Assembly: GCA_963776245.1 (NCBI GenBank)
Contig: CAVZLN010000004.1
Coordinates: 64,001 to 128,000 of the forward strand
Length of the DNA stretch: 64,000 bases
Origin: Candidatus Eiseniibacteriota bacterium
GTDB taxonomy: Bacteria; Eisenbacteria; RBG-16-71-46
Direction: 5' to 3'
Shown one piece after another: positions 9,202 through 19,813 of this stretch. The first letter of the stretch is position 1, and every line of letters begins with the position of its first letter. Made by a program: the position numbers and the translations under genes. A model generated the notes under the pieces. The model was not told where the DNA came from. It searched no databases and was given only the letters and a program-made list of their open reading frames with translations.

Positions 9202-11039
9202 ATGTGCGGAATCGTCGGATACGTCGGGCACCGGGCGTGCCTCGGCATCCTGATCGAGGGGCTGAAGCGGCTGGAGTACCGCGGCTACGATTCCGCGGGC
9301 GTCGCGCTCCAGGAGGACGGCGGGCTGCGCGTCATCAAGGCGGCCGGCAAGATCCGCGAGCTCGAGGCCCGCATCGGCCGCGAGGCGCACCCCGCCCAGC
9401 AGGGCATCGCGCACACGCGCTGGGCGACGCACGGCGAGCCCAACGACGCGAACGCCCACCCGCACACCGATCCCGACAGGCCGGATCGCGCTCGTGCACA
9501 ACGGCATCATCGAGAACTACGCCACGCTCAAGAGCGCCGCTCGAGGCCGAGGGCTACCGCTTCCGCACCCAGACCGACACCGAGGTGCTCGCCCACCTGA
9601 TCGTCGAAGTACAAGCGACGCGGGCTCAAGCTCGAGCAGGCGGTGGGCAGGCGCTCGCCGACGTCGAGGGCACCTACGGCATCGCGGTGATGTCCGCGGA
9701 CGAGCCCGGCACCGTGGTCGGCGCGCGCAAGGGCAGCCCGCTGGTGGTCGGCATCGCCGACGGCGAGTACTTCCTCGCCTCCGACGTGGCGGCCATCGTC
9801 GAGCACACCCGCCAGGTCATCTACCTCGACGACGGCGAGATGGCGGTGCTCTCGCCCGACGGCTTCCACACCGCGACCATCGCGAACGTGCCGGTCGACA
9901 AGGCGGTGCACGAGGTCGACTGGGACCTGGCCCAGATCGAGAAGGGCGGCTTCGCCCACTTCATGCTCAAGGAGATCTTCGAGCAGCCCGACTCGGTCCG
10001 GAACGCGATGCGCGGCCGGCTCAACGTCGCCGAGGGGCTGGCCCGCCTCGGCGGCCTCAACCTGCGCGCCGAGGAGCTGCGCGAGATCCGCCGCATCATC
10101 ATCCTCGGCTGCGGCACCTCCTGGCACGCCGGCCTGATCGGCGAGTACATGCTCGAGGAGCACGCGCGCATCCCGGTCGAGGTGGAGTACGCCTCCGAGT
10201 TCCGCTACCGCAACCCGATCGTCGACGACGGCACCGCGGTGCTGGCCATCACCCAGTCGGGCGAGACCGCCGACACGCTGGCGGCGATGCGCGAGGCGCA
10301 GCGCAAGGGCGCGCGGTCGCTCGGCATCGTCAACGTGGTCGGCTCCACCATCGCGCGCGAGTCGGACGGCGGCGTCTACCTCGCACGCCGGCCCCGAGAT
10401 CGGCGTCGCCTCCACCAAGGCGTTCACCAGCCAGGTGACCGTGCTGGCGCTGCTGACGCTCGCCCTCGGCCGCCAGCGCTCGCTCTCCCGCGAAGCGGGC
10501 ATCGAGCTGGCGCGCGAGCTCGACGCGCTGCCCGGGCGAGGATCCAGCGCATCCTCGACCACAGCGACGGGGTGCGCAAGATCGCCGCGCAGTACGTGCA
10601 CCACGAGAACTTCCTCTACCTCGGGCGCGGCTACAACTTCCCGGTGGCGCTCGAGGGCGCGCTGAAGCTCAAGGAGATCTCCTACATCCACGCCGAGGGC
10701 TATCCGGCCGCCGAGATGAAGCACGGCCCGATCGCGCTGATCGACGAGAACATGCCGGTCGTCTTCATCTGCACGCGCGACAGCGCGTACGAGAAGGTCA
10801 TGAGCAACATGGAGGAGGTGCGGGCGCGCAAGGGGCGCATCATCGCCGTCGCGACCGAGGGCGACACCGAGGTCGCGGCGCACGCCGATCACGTCATCCA
10901 CGTGCCGCACGCGGCGCCCATGCTCCAGCCGATGCTCTCGGTCGTCCCGCTGCAGCTGCTGGCCTACCACGTCGCCGTGCTGCGCGGCTGCGACGTGGAC
11001 CAGCCGCGGAACCTCGCCAAGAGCGTCACCGTCGAGTGA
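9202..11039 (+). CDS. glmS: Glutamine--fructose-6-phosphate aminotransferase (frameshifted in this sequence)
   Basis: [75 protein letters not shown]. Confidence 0.97.
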
Positions 11040-11065
11040 CGGCGAGGGCCGGGCAGGAGGGATCC

Positions 11066-11467
11066 GTGAAGAGCGCGGTGAGCGTGAAGGACGCCCCGGC
11101 GGCGATCGGGCCGTACAGCCAGGCGCAGGTGGTGCGCCTGCACGGGGGCAACCGGATGGTGTTCACGGCCGGGCAGATCGCGCTCGACCCGGCGACCGGG
11201 CAGCTGGTGGCCGGCGGCGTGGTCGAGCAGACCGAGCGCGTCTTCCGGAACCTCGCCGCCGTGCTCGCGGGCGCCGGGCTGGGGCTCGACGACGTGGTGA
11301 AGACCACGGTGTACCTCGTCGACATGGCGGACTTCGAGGCCATGAACGAGGTGTACGCCCGGCACCTCGGCGGCTCGCTGCCGGCGCGCACGACCATCGC
11401 GGCCGCGGGATTGCCGCGCGGAGCGCGCGTGGAGATCGACTGCGTCGCCGTCGGTCGCGACCACTGA
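11066..11467 (+). CDS. ridA: RidA/YjgF enamine deaminase
   Basis: APAAIGPYSQA, AGQIALDP, VVKTTVYL.DM.DF..MNEVY, PART...LPRGARVEIDCVA. Confidence 0.92.
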   Translation: MKSAVSVKDAPAAIGPYSQAQVVRLHGGNRMVFTAGQIALDPATGQLVAGGVVEQTERVFRNLAAVLAGAGLGLDDVVKTTVYLVDMADFEAMNEVYARHLGGSLPARTTIAAAGLPRGARVEIDCVAVGRDH

Positions 11468-11495
11468 CCGCACTCGGCCGCAGGAAGGAGCGCCC

Positions 11496-12554
11496 GTGAG
11501 CGAGCGGCGGCGCATCGAGGTGCGCCTGACGGCGCAGGTGGCGTGCGCGGGCTGAGCGTCCAAGCTGGGTCCGGCGGACCTGCGAGAGGCGTTGCGGGGG
11601 CTCCCGGCGGTGAAACGCGACCGCCGCGTGCTGGTCGACCAGACCACGCTCGACGACGCCGGCGTGTTCGCGCTCGGGCGCGGCGAGGCGCTGGTGCAGA
11701 CGGTGGACTTCTTCACGCCGATCGTCGACGATCCGTACGACTACGGGCGCATCGCCGCCGCCAACGCGCTGTCCGACGTGTACGCGATGGGCGGCACGCC
11801 GCTCACCGCGCTCGCGCTGCTGTGCGTGCCCGACGGCACCGCGCCCGGGGTGCTGCGCGACATCCTGCGCGGCGGCCAGGATGCCATGAAGGAGGCCGGG
11901 TGCAGCATCGTCGGCGGCCACTCGGTCCGCGACCCCGAGCTCAAGTTCGGCTACGCGTCACCGGCATCGCGCAGCGGCGTCGGCTGCTCACCAACGCCGG
12001 CGCGCGTCCGGGCGACCGGCTGGTCCTCACCAAGCCGCTCGGCACCGGCATCCTGACGACCGCGCTCAAGCGCGGGCCGGCTCGACCGGGCGGGCGCCGC
12101 GCGCGTGACGCGCGTCATGGCGCGCTCAACCGCGCGGCCGCCGAGGCGGCGGTGGAGTTCGGCGCGCGCGCGGCGACCGACGTCACCGGCTTCGGCCTGC
12201 TCGGCCACGCTTCGCAGCTGGCCGAGGCGAGCGGCGTGACGCTGCGCCTGCGGCCGGCCCGGCGCTGGTTCCTGCCGCGCGTGCTCGAGCTGGTCGGCGG
12301 AGGGCGTCACGCCGGGCGGGCTCGCGAACGGAACCGCGAGTTCTTCGCCCCGGGGTGGACGAGGGCGGACTGCCCGAGGCGCTGGCTGCAGGCGCTCTAC
12401 GATCCGCAGACCTCGGGCGGACTGCTGGTGGCGGTGCCGGCGCGGCGCGCGGCCGAGCTCCTCGGCGCGCTCGAAGCGCCGCCGGGTCTGGGCGGCCGAG
12501 ATCGGCGCGGCGGTGGCGCGCGGCGCACGCCTCGTCGAGCTCGTGGCGCCGTGA
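11496..12554 (+). CDS. selD: Selenide, water dikinase SelD, selenoprotein form (UGA=Sec at 11553-11555); frameshifted in the 3' half
   Basis: MSERRRIEVRLTAQVACAG-UGA-ASKLGP, DDAGVF, VQTVDFFTPIVDDPYDYGRIAAANALSDVYAMGG, GGHS, LTKPLGTG, TDVTGFGLLGH, DPQTSGGLL; SD GGAAGGAG. Confidence 0.93.
11566..11582 (+). promoter_or_regulatory. Bacterial SECIS hairpin in selD
   Basis: TG-GGTCC-GGC-GGACC-TG stem-loop starting 11 nt after the in-frame UGA, with G at the start of the apical loop. Confidence 0.7.
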
Positions 12555-12588
12555 GCGGGCGACGGGCCGATGAGGAGGTCGACGACGG

Positions 12589-12686
12589 GGGAACGGATGG
12601 GTTCTGGTGGTCCCCGGGGACTTCAAATCCCGCGGTCGGGCGCGTGCAGCGCCCGAGGTGGGTTCGATTCCCACACGTTCCCGCCA
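12589..12686 (+). tRNA. selC: tRNA-Sec(TCA)
   Basis: GGGAACG/CGTTCCC-GCCA acceptor, 6-bp D-stem with TGGT loop, anticodon loop CTTCAAA, long variable arm TCGGGCGC-GTGCA-GCGCCCGA, T-arm GTGGG-TTCGATT-CCCAC. Confidence 0.95.
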
Positions 12687-12698
12687 CTTCTGGCAGCG

Positions 12699-13286
12699 GT
12701 GCTCGCCGGGGTCGTGGGTCTGACGACGCCGGCGATCCGGCCGGCGAGTGCCGCGGCGCCGGATCCGGTGCGCGCGGGCGCGCCGGGGGCGGTCACGGTG
12801 GACGGAGCGGCGGTGGACTCGGCGGGCGCCGGGAGCGCGCCCCGGCGAGCCCCGCCGGAGACGCCGCAGGGCATCTTCGAACAGCCGCGCTGGGTGATGC
12901 TGCGCTCGCTGGTGGTGCCCGGCTGGGGACAGTTGCACAACGGCTCATGGCTCAAGGCGCTCGCGATGGCCACCGGCGAGGGGCTGATCGGCCGGCGCGT
13001 GCTCGACGATCAGCGCGTGCTCCGCCGGCTCGACCGCGAGGTCGCGGCCTCCCGCGCGGCGGGCGACATCGAGCGTGAGAATGAGCTCATCGCGAGCTAC
13101 AATGCCCGGCTCGACCAGTCGGTGCGGCGCCAGTGGCTGCTGGCGGGCGTGCTGACGTACTCCCTGCTCGACGCCTACGTCGATGCGCACTTCCGGGACT
13201 TCCGACTCGAATTCGAGAACGACCCGGCGCTCCCCGGCGGCGTGCGCCGCGGCGGGGCGCGGGTCTCCATCAGGTGGCGCTTTTGA
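12699..13286 (+). CDS. DUF5683-like membrane/exported protein (start uncertain; frame stays open back through tRNA-Sec)
   Basis: '[20 protein letters not shown]' and '[12 protein letters not shown]' motifs; C-terminal aromatic 'SIRWRF'. Confidence 0.7.
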   Translation: MLAGVVGLTTPAIRPASAAAPDPVRAGAPGAVTVDGAAVDSAGAGSAPRRAPPETPQGIFEQPRWVMLRSLVVPGWGQLHNGSWLKALAMATGEGLIGRRVLDDQRVLRRLDREVAASRAAGDIERENELIASYNARLDQSVRRQWLLAGVLTYSLLDAYVDAHFRDFRLEFENDPALPGGVRRGGARVSIRWRF

Positions 13287-15106
13287 GCGATCCGCGTCTC
13301 CGGCACATCCGCAACTTCTGCATCATCGCGCACATCGACCACGGCAAGAGCACGCTGGCCGACCGGCTGCTCGAGCTCACGCACACGCTCACGCCGCAGC
13401 AGATGAAGGCGCAGGTGCTCGACGACATGGACCTCGAGCGCGAGAAGGGCATCACCATCAAGTCGCACGCGATCGCGATGGAGTACCGCGCGCGCGACGG
13501 CAAGACCTACGAGCTGAACCTGATCGACACGCCCGGGCCACGTGGACTTCACGTACGAGGTCTCGCGCAGCCTCGCGGCGTGCGAGGGCGCGATCCTGGT
13601 GGTGGACGCCTCGCAGGGGATCGAGGCGCAGACGCTGTCGAACTACTACCTCGCCCGCGACCAGGGGCTGCACCTGGTCGCGGCGCGATCAACAAGATCG
13701 ACCTGCCGGCCGCGCGGCCCGACGAGATCGCGCTCGAGATCGAGCACGTCACCGGCATCGCCGGCCGAGCACGTGTGCCGCATCAGCGCGAAGACCGGGC
13801 TCGGCGTCGAGGACCTGCTGGAGCAGCGTGATCGCCGACGTCCCGGCGCCCGACGGGAGACCCCGACGCGCCGCTGCGCGCGCTCATCTTCGACTCGAAG
13901 TTCGACCAGTACCGCGGCGTGGTCTGCCTGGTGCGCGTCGTGGACGGCGCGTGCGGGCCGGGGACCGCGATCCAGCTTCCTGTCGACCGGGAAGGAGTAC
14001 GAGGTCACCGAGGTCGGCACGCTGCGGCTCAAGCTCGAGCCACTCGACGCGCTGCACGCGGGCCAGGTGGGCTACATCGTCGCCGGCGTCAAGACGGTCG
14101 CCGACGCGCGCGTCGGCGACACGATGGTGCGCCGCGGACGTCGAGGCCTCGCGCCGCTGCCCGGCTTCCGCGACGATGAAGCCGATGGTGTTCTCGGGGC
14201 TCTACCCGATCGACGCCGAGCAGTACGAGTCGCTCAAGGAGGCGCTCGCCAAGCTCCAGCTCAACGACGCCTCGCTCATCTACGAGCCCGAGACCTCGGT
14301 GGCGCTCGGCTTCGGCTTCCGCGTGGGCTTCCTCGGCCTGCTCCACCTCGAGATCGTCCAGGAGCGGCTGCGGCGCGAGTTCCTGATCGACCTCATCGCC
14401 ACCACGCCCAGCGTGGAGTACCACGTGCTGCTCACGAACGGCGAGTTCCTGGTGGTCGACAACCCGAGCCAGATGCCGCCGGTCGCAGAACATCGCGAGC
14501 GTCGAGGAGCCGTACGTGCTCGCGCACGTCCTCACGCCCGACCGACTACCTCGGCAACATCATGAAGCTGTGCCAGGACCGCCGCGGCGTGTTCGTGGAG
14601 CATGGACCACCTCGAGGAGAAGCGCGTGCGGCTCGCCTACCGTCTGCCGCTCGCGGAGATCGTGCTCGACTTCTACGACCGGCTGAAGTCGATCTCGCGC
14701 GGCTACGCGTCGCTCGACTACGAGTTCGACGGGCTACCACGAGGCCGACGTGGTCAAGCTCGACATCCTGCTCAACGGGGACCCGGTGGACGCGCTCTCG
14801 GCGATCGTCCATCGCGACAAGGCGTACGATTGGGGCAGCGGGACATCTGCGCGAAGCTCAAGGAGCTGATCCCGCGGCAGATGTTCCAGGTCGCGATCCA
14901 GGCCGCCATCGGCGCGCAAGATCATCGCGCGCGAGACGCAGGGCGCGCTGCGCAAGAACGTGATCGCGAAGTGTTACGGCGGCGACATCACGCGCAAGCG
15001 CAAGCTCCTCGAGAAACAGAAGGAGGGCAAGCGTCGTATGAAGCAGATCGGAACGGTCGAGGTGCCGCAGGAGGCGTTCCTGGCGGTGCTCAAGGTCGAG
15101 CGATAC
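13283..15106 (+). CDS. lepA: Elongation factor 4 (frameshifted; stop codon apparently corrupted, end approximate)
   Basis: [113 protein letters not shown]. Confidence 0.96.
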
Positions 15107-15115
15107 GGGGAGTCC

Positions 15116-15729
15116 ATGTCCGAGAAGCGCTCACACGCTGAGGGAGTACGTCGAAGCCGCCCTGTGGGCCCTGGTGCTCACGCTCTTCCTGCGCGCGTTC
15201 GTCATCCAGGCGTTCCGCATCCCGTCGGAATCGATGATGAACACGCTGCTGGTCGGGCGACTTCCTGTTCGTGAACAAGTTCGAGTACGGGCCCAAGATC
15301 CCGTTCACGCACATCCGGCTGCCGGGCCTGCGCGAGCCGCGGCGCGGCGACGTCATCGTCTTCCAGTTCCCGGAGAACCCGAGCCAGGACTTCATCAAGC
15401 GCTGCATCGCGACCGGGGGCCAGATGATCGAGGTGAAGCAGAAGCAGGTGATCGTCGACGGCGTGCCGCTGGTCGAGCCGTACGTGGTGCACTCGTCGCC
15501 GGACACGCTGCCGTCCTCCATCGACATCCGCGACAACTTCGCGCCGTTCGCGGTGAACGCGGGCGAGTACTTCATGATGGGCGACAACCGCGACAACTCG
15601 AACGACAGCCGCTACTGGGGCCCGCTGAAGAAGGACCTCATCAAGGGCCGCGCGCTGTTCCTCTACTGGTCGTGGGACCGGGACCTGACGTGGCCACGAT
15701 GGAACCGCATCTTCCAGGTCATCCGCTGA
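15116..15729 (+). CDS. lepB: Signal peptidase I (frameshifted)
   Basis: [48 protein letters not shown]. Confidence 0.93.
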
Positions 15730-16996
15730 GTCCCGCCGCGCTCCCCGACGGACCGCGCGCCGAGGCGCGCGCGGCGGCCCGCTCGGGGCTCTACGTGCAC
15801 GTGCCGTTCTGCGCGGCCCGCTGCACGTACTGCGACTTCGCGTCGGGGGCGCTCTCGGCGCCCGCGGTCGAGCGCTGGCTGGCGGGGCTCGAGCGCGAGG
15901 CCGAGGCGCGCGCGCCCGCGGCCGAGGGCGCGACGTTCACCTCGCTGTTCTTCGGCGGCGGCACCCCCTCGGCCCTCTCCGCGCGGGACTTCGAGCGTGC
16001 CGCGCGAGCGCTCGCTTCGCGCTTCGCGATCGCGCCGGACGCCGAGGTGACGCTCGAGGCGAACCCCGAGATCGGTCCGCCCCGCACTGCTCGACGCGTG
16101 GGCGCGGGCGGGGGTGAACCGGCTTTCGATGGGCGCGCAGACCTTCCACACCGACGAGCTCGCGCGTGCTGGGACGCATCCACCCGCCCGAGCGCCCGGC
16201 CGAGGCCTTCGCGCTCGCGCGCGCCCACGGGTTCGAGCGGCTGTCGCTCGATCTGATGTTCGGCTTCCCCGGGCACACCGCGGCACGCTGGCGCACGACC
16301 CTGGCGCGCGCGCGCGAGCTCGGACCCGAACACCTGTCCGCCTATTGCTTCATCCCCGAGCCCGGCACCCCGCTCGGGGACGCCGTGCTCGCCGGCTCGC
16401 GCGAGCTGCCCTCGCCCGAAGCGCAGGCGGAGCTCTACTCGGAGTTCGTCACGACCGCCGCGGCGGCGGGGCTGGCCCGCTACGAGACCTCGAACGCCTC
16501 CCGCCCGGGAGCCGAGGCGCGTCACAACCTGACCTACTGGCTGCGCCGCCCGTACCTCGGGCTCGGCCCGTCGGCGCATGGCCTGTGGAGCGGGGAGCGC
16601 TACGGCAATCACGCCGCCCCCGCCGACTGGGCAGCGGCGCTCGAGGCGGGGGCGCGGTGCGAGACGGAACGCCAGCCGGAGACCGCGGAGTCGGTCGCCG
16701 ACGAGGTGCTCATGCTGGGCCTGCGGTTGTCCACCGGGCTGTGCCCGGCCGACCACGCGCCGGGCACGTGGCGGGTGGTCGAGGCGCGCCATGGCCGCGG
16801 GCTGGCGCAGGCGGTCGCGACCGGGCGGCTCGAGCGGCACGCGGAGGGTTGGCGCGTCCCGGCCGCGCTGCGCTTCGTCGCCGACGACACCATCGCCTGG
16901 ATCGCCGCCCGGGCCGACACGCGGGGGTTTGACAGTCCGAAGCGGCGCTCCGTACCTTCGCCCCCATGTCCCAGCCCGCCTTCCCCGGTCACCTGA
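15699..16996 (+). CDS. hemW: Radical SAM heme chaperone HemW (frameshifted; start uncertain)
   Basis: GLYVHVPFCAARCTYCDF, FFGGGTPS, EVTLEANP, SLDLMFGFPG, EHLSAY, YETSN..RPG.EARHN..YW...YLGLGPSAH. Confidence 0.9.
16929..16958 (+). promoter_or_regulatory. sigma70 promoter for hrcA (probably leaderless), inside the hemW 3' end
   Basis: TTGACA-N18-TACCTT, 7 nt before ATG 16966; no SD. Confidence 0.7.
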
Positions 16997-18014
16997 ACCG
17001 CGAGGACCCCGACCTCAGCGAGCGCCAGCGTCGCGTGTTCGCCGAGCTGCTGCGCCTGCACGGCGCGAGCGCGCGCCCGGTCGGCTCGGAGTCGCTCGCG
17101 GGGCAGGTCACCATCCGCCTGTCGTCGGCCAGCGTGCGCGCCGCGCTCGCGGAGCTCGAGGACCTCGGACTGGTCGAGCGCTCGAGCGCCTCCTCGGGCC
17201 GCGTCCCCACGCCGCGGGGCTTCGAGTATTTCGTGCGGGCGCTGCTGGCGCCGACCACCCTGCCCGCGCCCGTGATGGACGAGGTCGACCGCCGGCTCTC
17301 GCGCTCCGCCGCGGATGTCGAGGCGCTGCTCGACGAGGCCTCGAGGCTGCTCTCGTCGCTCACCCGCCAGCTCGGGCTGGCGCTCGCCACCGCGCTCGAC
17401 GACGAGGTGGTGAGCACGCTCGACCTCGAGTCGATCGAGGCGCGCCGGGCGCTGCTGGTGCTCGAACTGGGCGCCGGGGCGATGCACACGCTGGTGCTCG
17501 AGCTGGACAGCCCGCTCGGCGCCCGAGGAGCTGGCCGAGGTGGCGCGCGTGCTGCGCGAGCGGTTGACGGGATGCCCGCTGCACGAGGTGCGCGAGCGTC
17601 TGGCCGCGGACCCCGAACTGGTGCGCGGCAGCGCGGTGCGCATTGTCGCGCGCGCCGCCGCCGAATCCTGGTCCCGGCGGGTCTCGACACCGCTCTACCG
17701 CACCGGGATCCCGCACATCGCGGGGCAGCCCGAGTTCGCCACGGCCGGGCGCCTCGGACCGATCCTGCAGGTGATCGAGAACGGCCCGCCGCTCGACCGC
17801 CTGATGGTCACCGGCGTCGAGGGGCAGGTCGCGGTGCGGGTCGGCGTCGACGAGGACCGCGCGCTGGCCGGCTGCAGCCTCGTGAGCTTCGCGTTGCCGG
17901 GCAGCATCCGCGGCGCGGTCGGCGTGCTCGGGACCCGTGCGCATGGACTACGCGCGCGTGTTCGCCGCGGTGGACGCGGTCGGCAGCCGCGTCGCCGACC
18001 TGCTGCAATCCTGA
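16966..18014 (+). CDS. hrcA: Heat-inducible transcription repressor HrcA, divergent (frameshifted)
   Basis: LSERQRRVF..L...PVGS..L, LAELEDLGLV, SGRVPT.RGF.YFV, IAGQPEF, CSLV, GAVGVLG(P)..MDY; located between hemW and grpE. Confidence 0.88.
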
Positions 18015-18037
18015 CCGCGCCGGACCCCGACCCGCCC

Positions 18038-18665
18038 GTGAGCTCCCCCGACCGAATGGATGGTATCGACGTGGAAGACGACGACGCGCTCCCCGTACCG
18101 ACGGCGCCCGAGAGCGCATCCGCGCCGGTCGGGCCCCCGACCGCCGCGGAACCGGACGCCGCTGCGGAGCCTCCGGCCGCGGCGGCCGCCGCCCCGGACG
18201 CGCCGGGCGCCGCGGGCGAGACCCGGCGGTGCTGCGCGACCGATGGCTGCGGGCCGAGGCCGACCTGCAGAACTACCGCCGCCGCGCGCAGCGCGAGCGT
18301 CGAGGAGACGCGCCGGCACGCCGAGGAGTCGGTGATGCTCGAGATCATCGCGGCGCTCGACGACCTCGAGCGCGCGCTCGACGCCGCGCCCGGGGAGGGG
18401 ACTTCGGCGGCCTGGGCCGAGGGCGTGAGGCTGGTGGCGCAGCACCTGCGCGACTCCCTGGCGCGCCGGGGCGTGACGGTGGTGGACCCCGCCGGCGAGT
18501 CGTTCGACCCGACCTTCCACGACGCGCTGCTCGAGCTGCCCGCGCCCGACGGGGTCGCGCCGGGCACCGTCGCTCCAGGTGGCGCTGAAGGGCTACCGTC
18601 GCGGCGAGCGCGCGCTGCGCGCGGCGCGCGTCGTGGTGGCGCGGGCCGCCGACGCGGAGGCGTGA
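18038..18665 (+). CDS. grpE: Nucleotide exchange factor GrpE (frameshifted)
   Basis: LRAEADLQNYRRR, ALDDLERAL, GESFDPTFHDA, KGYR..ERALRAARVVVA. Confidence 0.9.
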
Positions 18666-18669
18666 GCGC

Positions 18670-19813
18670 ATGACCCAGCGTGACTACTACGAGGTGCTCG
18701 GGGATCGGCCGCGACGCCGGCGAGGACGACGTCAAGAAGGCCTACCGGAAGCTCGCCATGCAGCATCACCCGGACCGCAATCCCGGCGACAAGCAGGCCG
18801 AGCAGCGCTTCAAGGAGGCCACCGAGGCCTACGAGGTGCTGCGCGATCCGCAGAAGCGCGCGCGCTACGACCAGTTCGGCCACGCCGCCGGCGGCGGTGG
18901 CGGCGGTGCCGGGATTCGATGTTCAGCGGCTTCGACCTCGCGGACGCGCTGCGGGCGTTCATGCGCGACTTCGGCGGAGACGCGGGCGGTTTCGGCGACC
19001 TCTTCGGCGGCGGCCGCGGCGGAGCGCGCGGCCCGGTCCGCGGCGACGACCTGCAGGTGCGCCTGCGGCTCACGCTCGAGGAGATCGCCACCGGGGTCGA
19101 GAAGAAGATCCGCGTCAAGCACCTGCGCGCGTGCGCGACCTGCAAGGGCCGGGGCGGCGAGGGCGAGAGTGAGTGCACGCAATGCCGCGGTCGGGGCCAG
19201 GTGCGCCACGTCCAGCAGAGCATCTTCGGCCAGTTCGTGAACGTGTCCACCTGCCCGCGCTGCTAGGGTGAGGGGCGCATGGTGCGCGAGCGCTGCAAGA
19301 CGTGCGCGGGCGAGGGACGGATGTCCGAGAGCGAGACCATCTCGGTGAAGGTGCCGCCCGGGGTCACCAGCGGGAACTTCATCCCGCTGCGCGGGCTCGG
19401 GGACGCCGGGCCGCGGGGCGGCCCCGCGGGCGACCTCATCGTGCTCATCGAGGAGAAGCCGCACGCGATGTTCGAGCGCGATGGCGGCGACCTGCACCTC
19501 GAGCTGCCGGTCGCCTTCCCCACCCTCGCGCTCGGCGGGCCGTGTCGAGGTGCCCACGCTGTCGTCCGCCGCGACGCTCGACGTGCCGGCGGGCACGCCG
19601 AGCGGCACGGTGCTGCGCTTGCGCGGCCGCGGGATGCCCGGGTTGCGCGGCGGGCAGGGGGATCTGCTGGTGCAGGTCGTGGTGCACGTGCCGGGCCGGC
19701 TGAGCGGCGCCGAGAAGAAGCTGCTCGAGGAGCTGGGCCGGTCGGAGAACCTCCGTCCCACCAAGGGCGGGCGCTCTCCCCTGGACCGCGTCCGCGATGC
19801 CTTCTCGAGCTGA
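18670..19813 (+). CDS. dnaJ: Chaperone DnaJ (frameshifts plus an in-frame TAG at 19264-19266)
   Basis: [45 protein letters not shown], four CxxCxGxG repeats, [15 protein letters not shown]. Confidence 0.95.

Noticed and set aside
15095..15120. Apparent lepA-lepB fusion (no stop after ...LKVER)
   Set aside because: Lies in the indel-rich block. 'cga tac' is one base from a stop, and lepB has its own GGAG SD and ATG.
19264..19266. In-frame TAG in the dnaJ zinc finger (CPRC*GEG) as possible amber recoding or pyrrolysine
   Set aside because: TAG is an ordinary stop in tsf, rpsI and others here. The codon is at a variable position in the error-rich block and is one base from CAG/GAG/AAG.
7806..19813. 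Programmed frameshifting or mass pseudogenisation of glmM, glmS, lepA, lepB, dnaJ and others
   Set aside because: No shared slippery motif, many shifts per gene, essential functions and otherwise unmutated motifs. Sequencing error is the simpler explanation.
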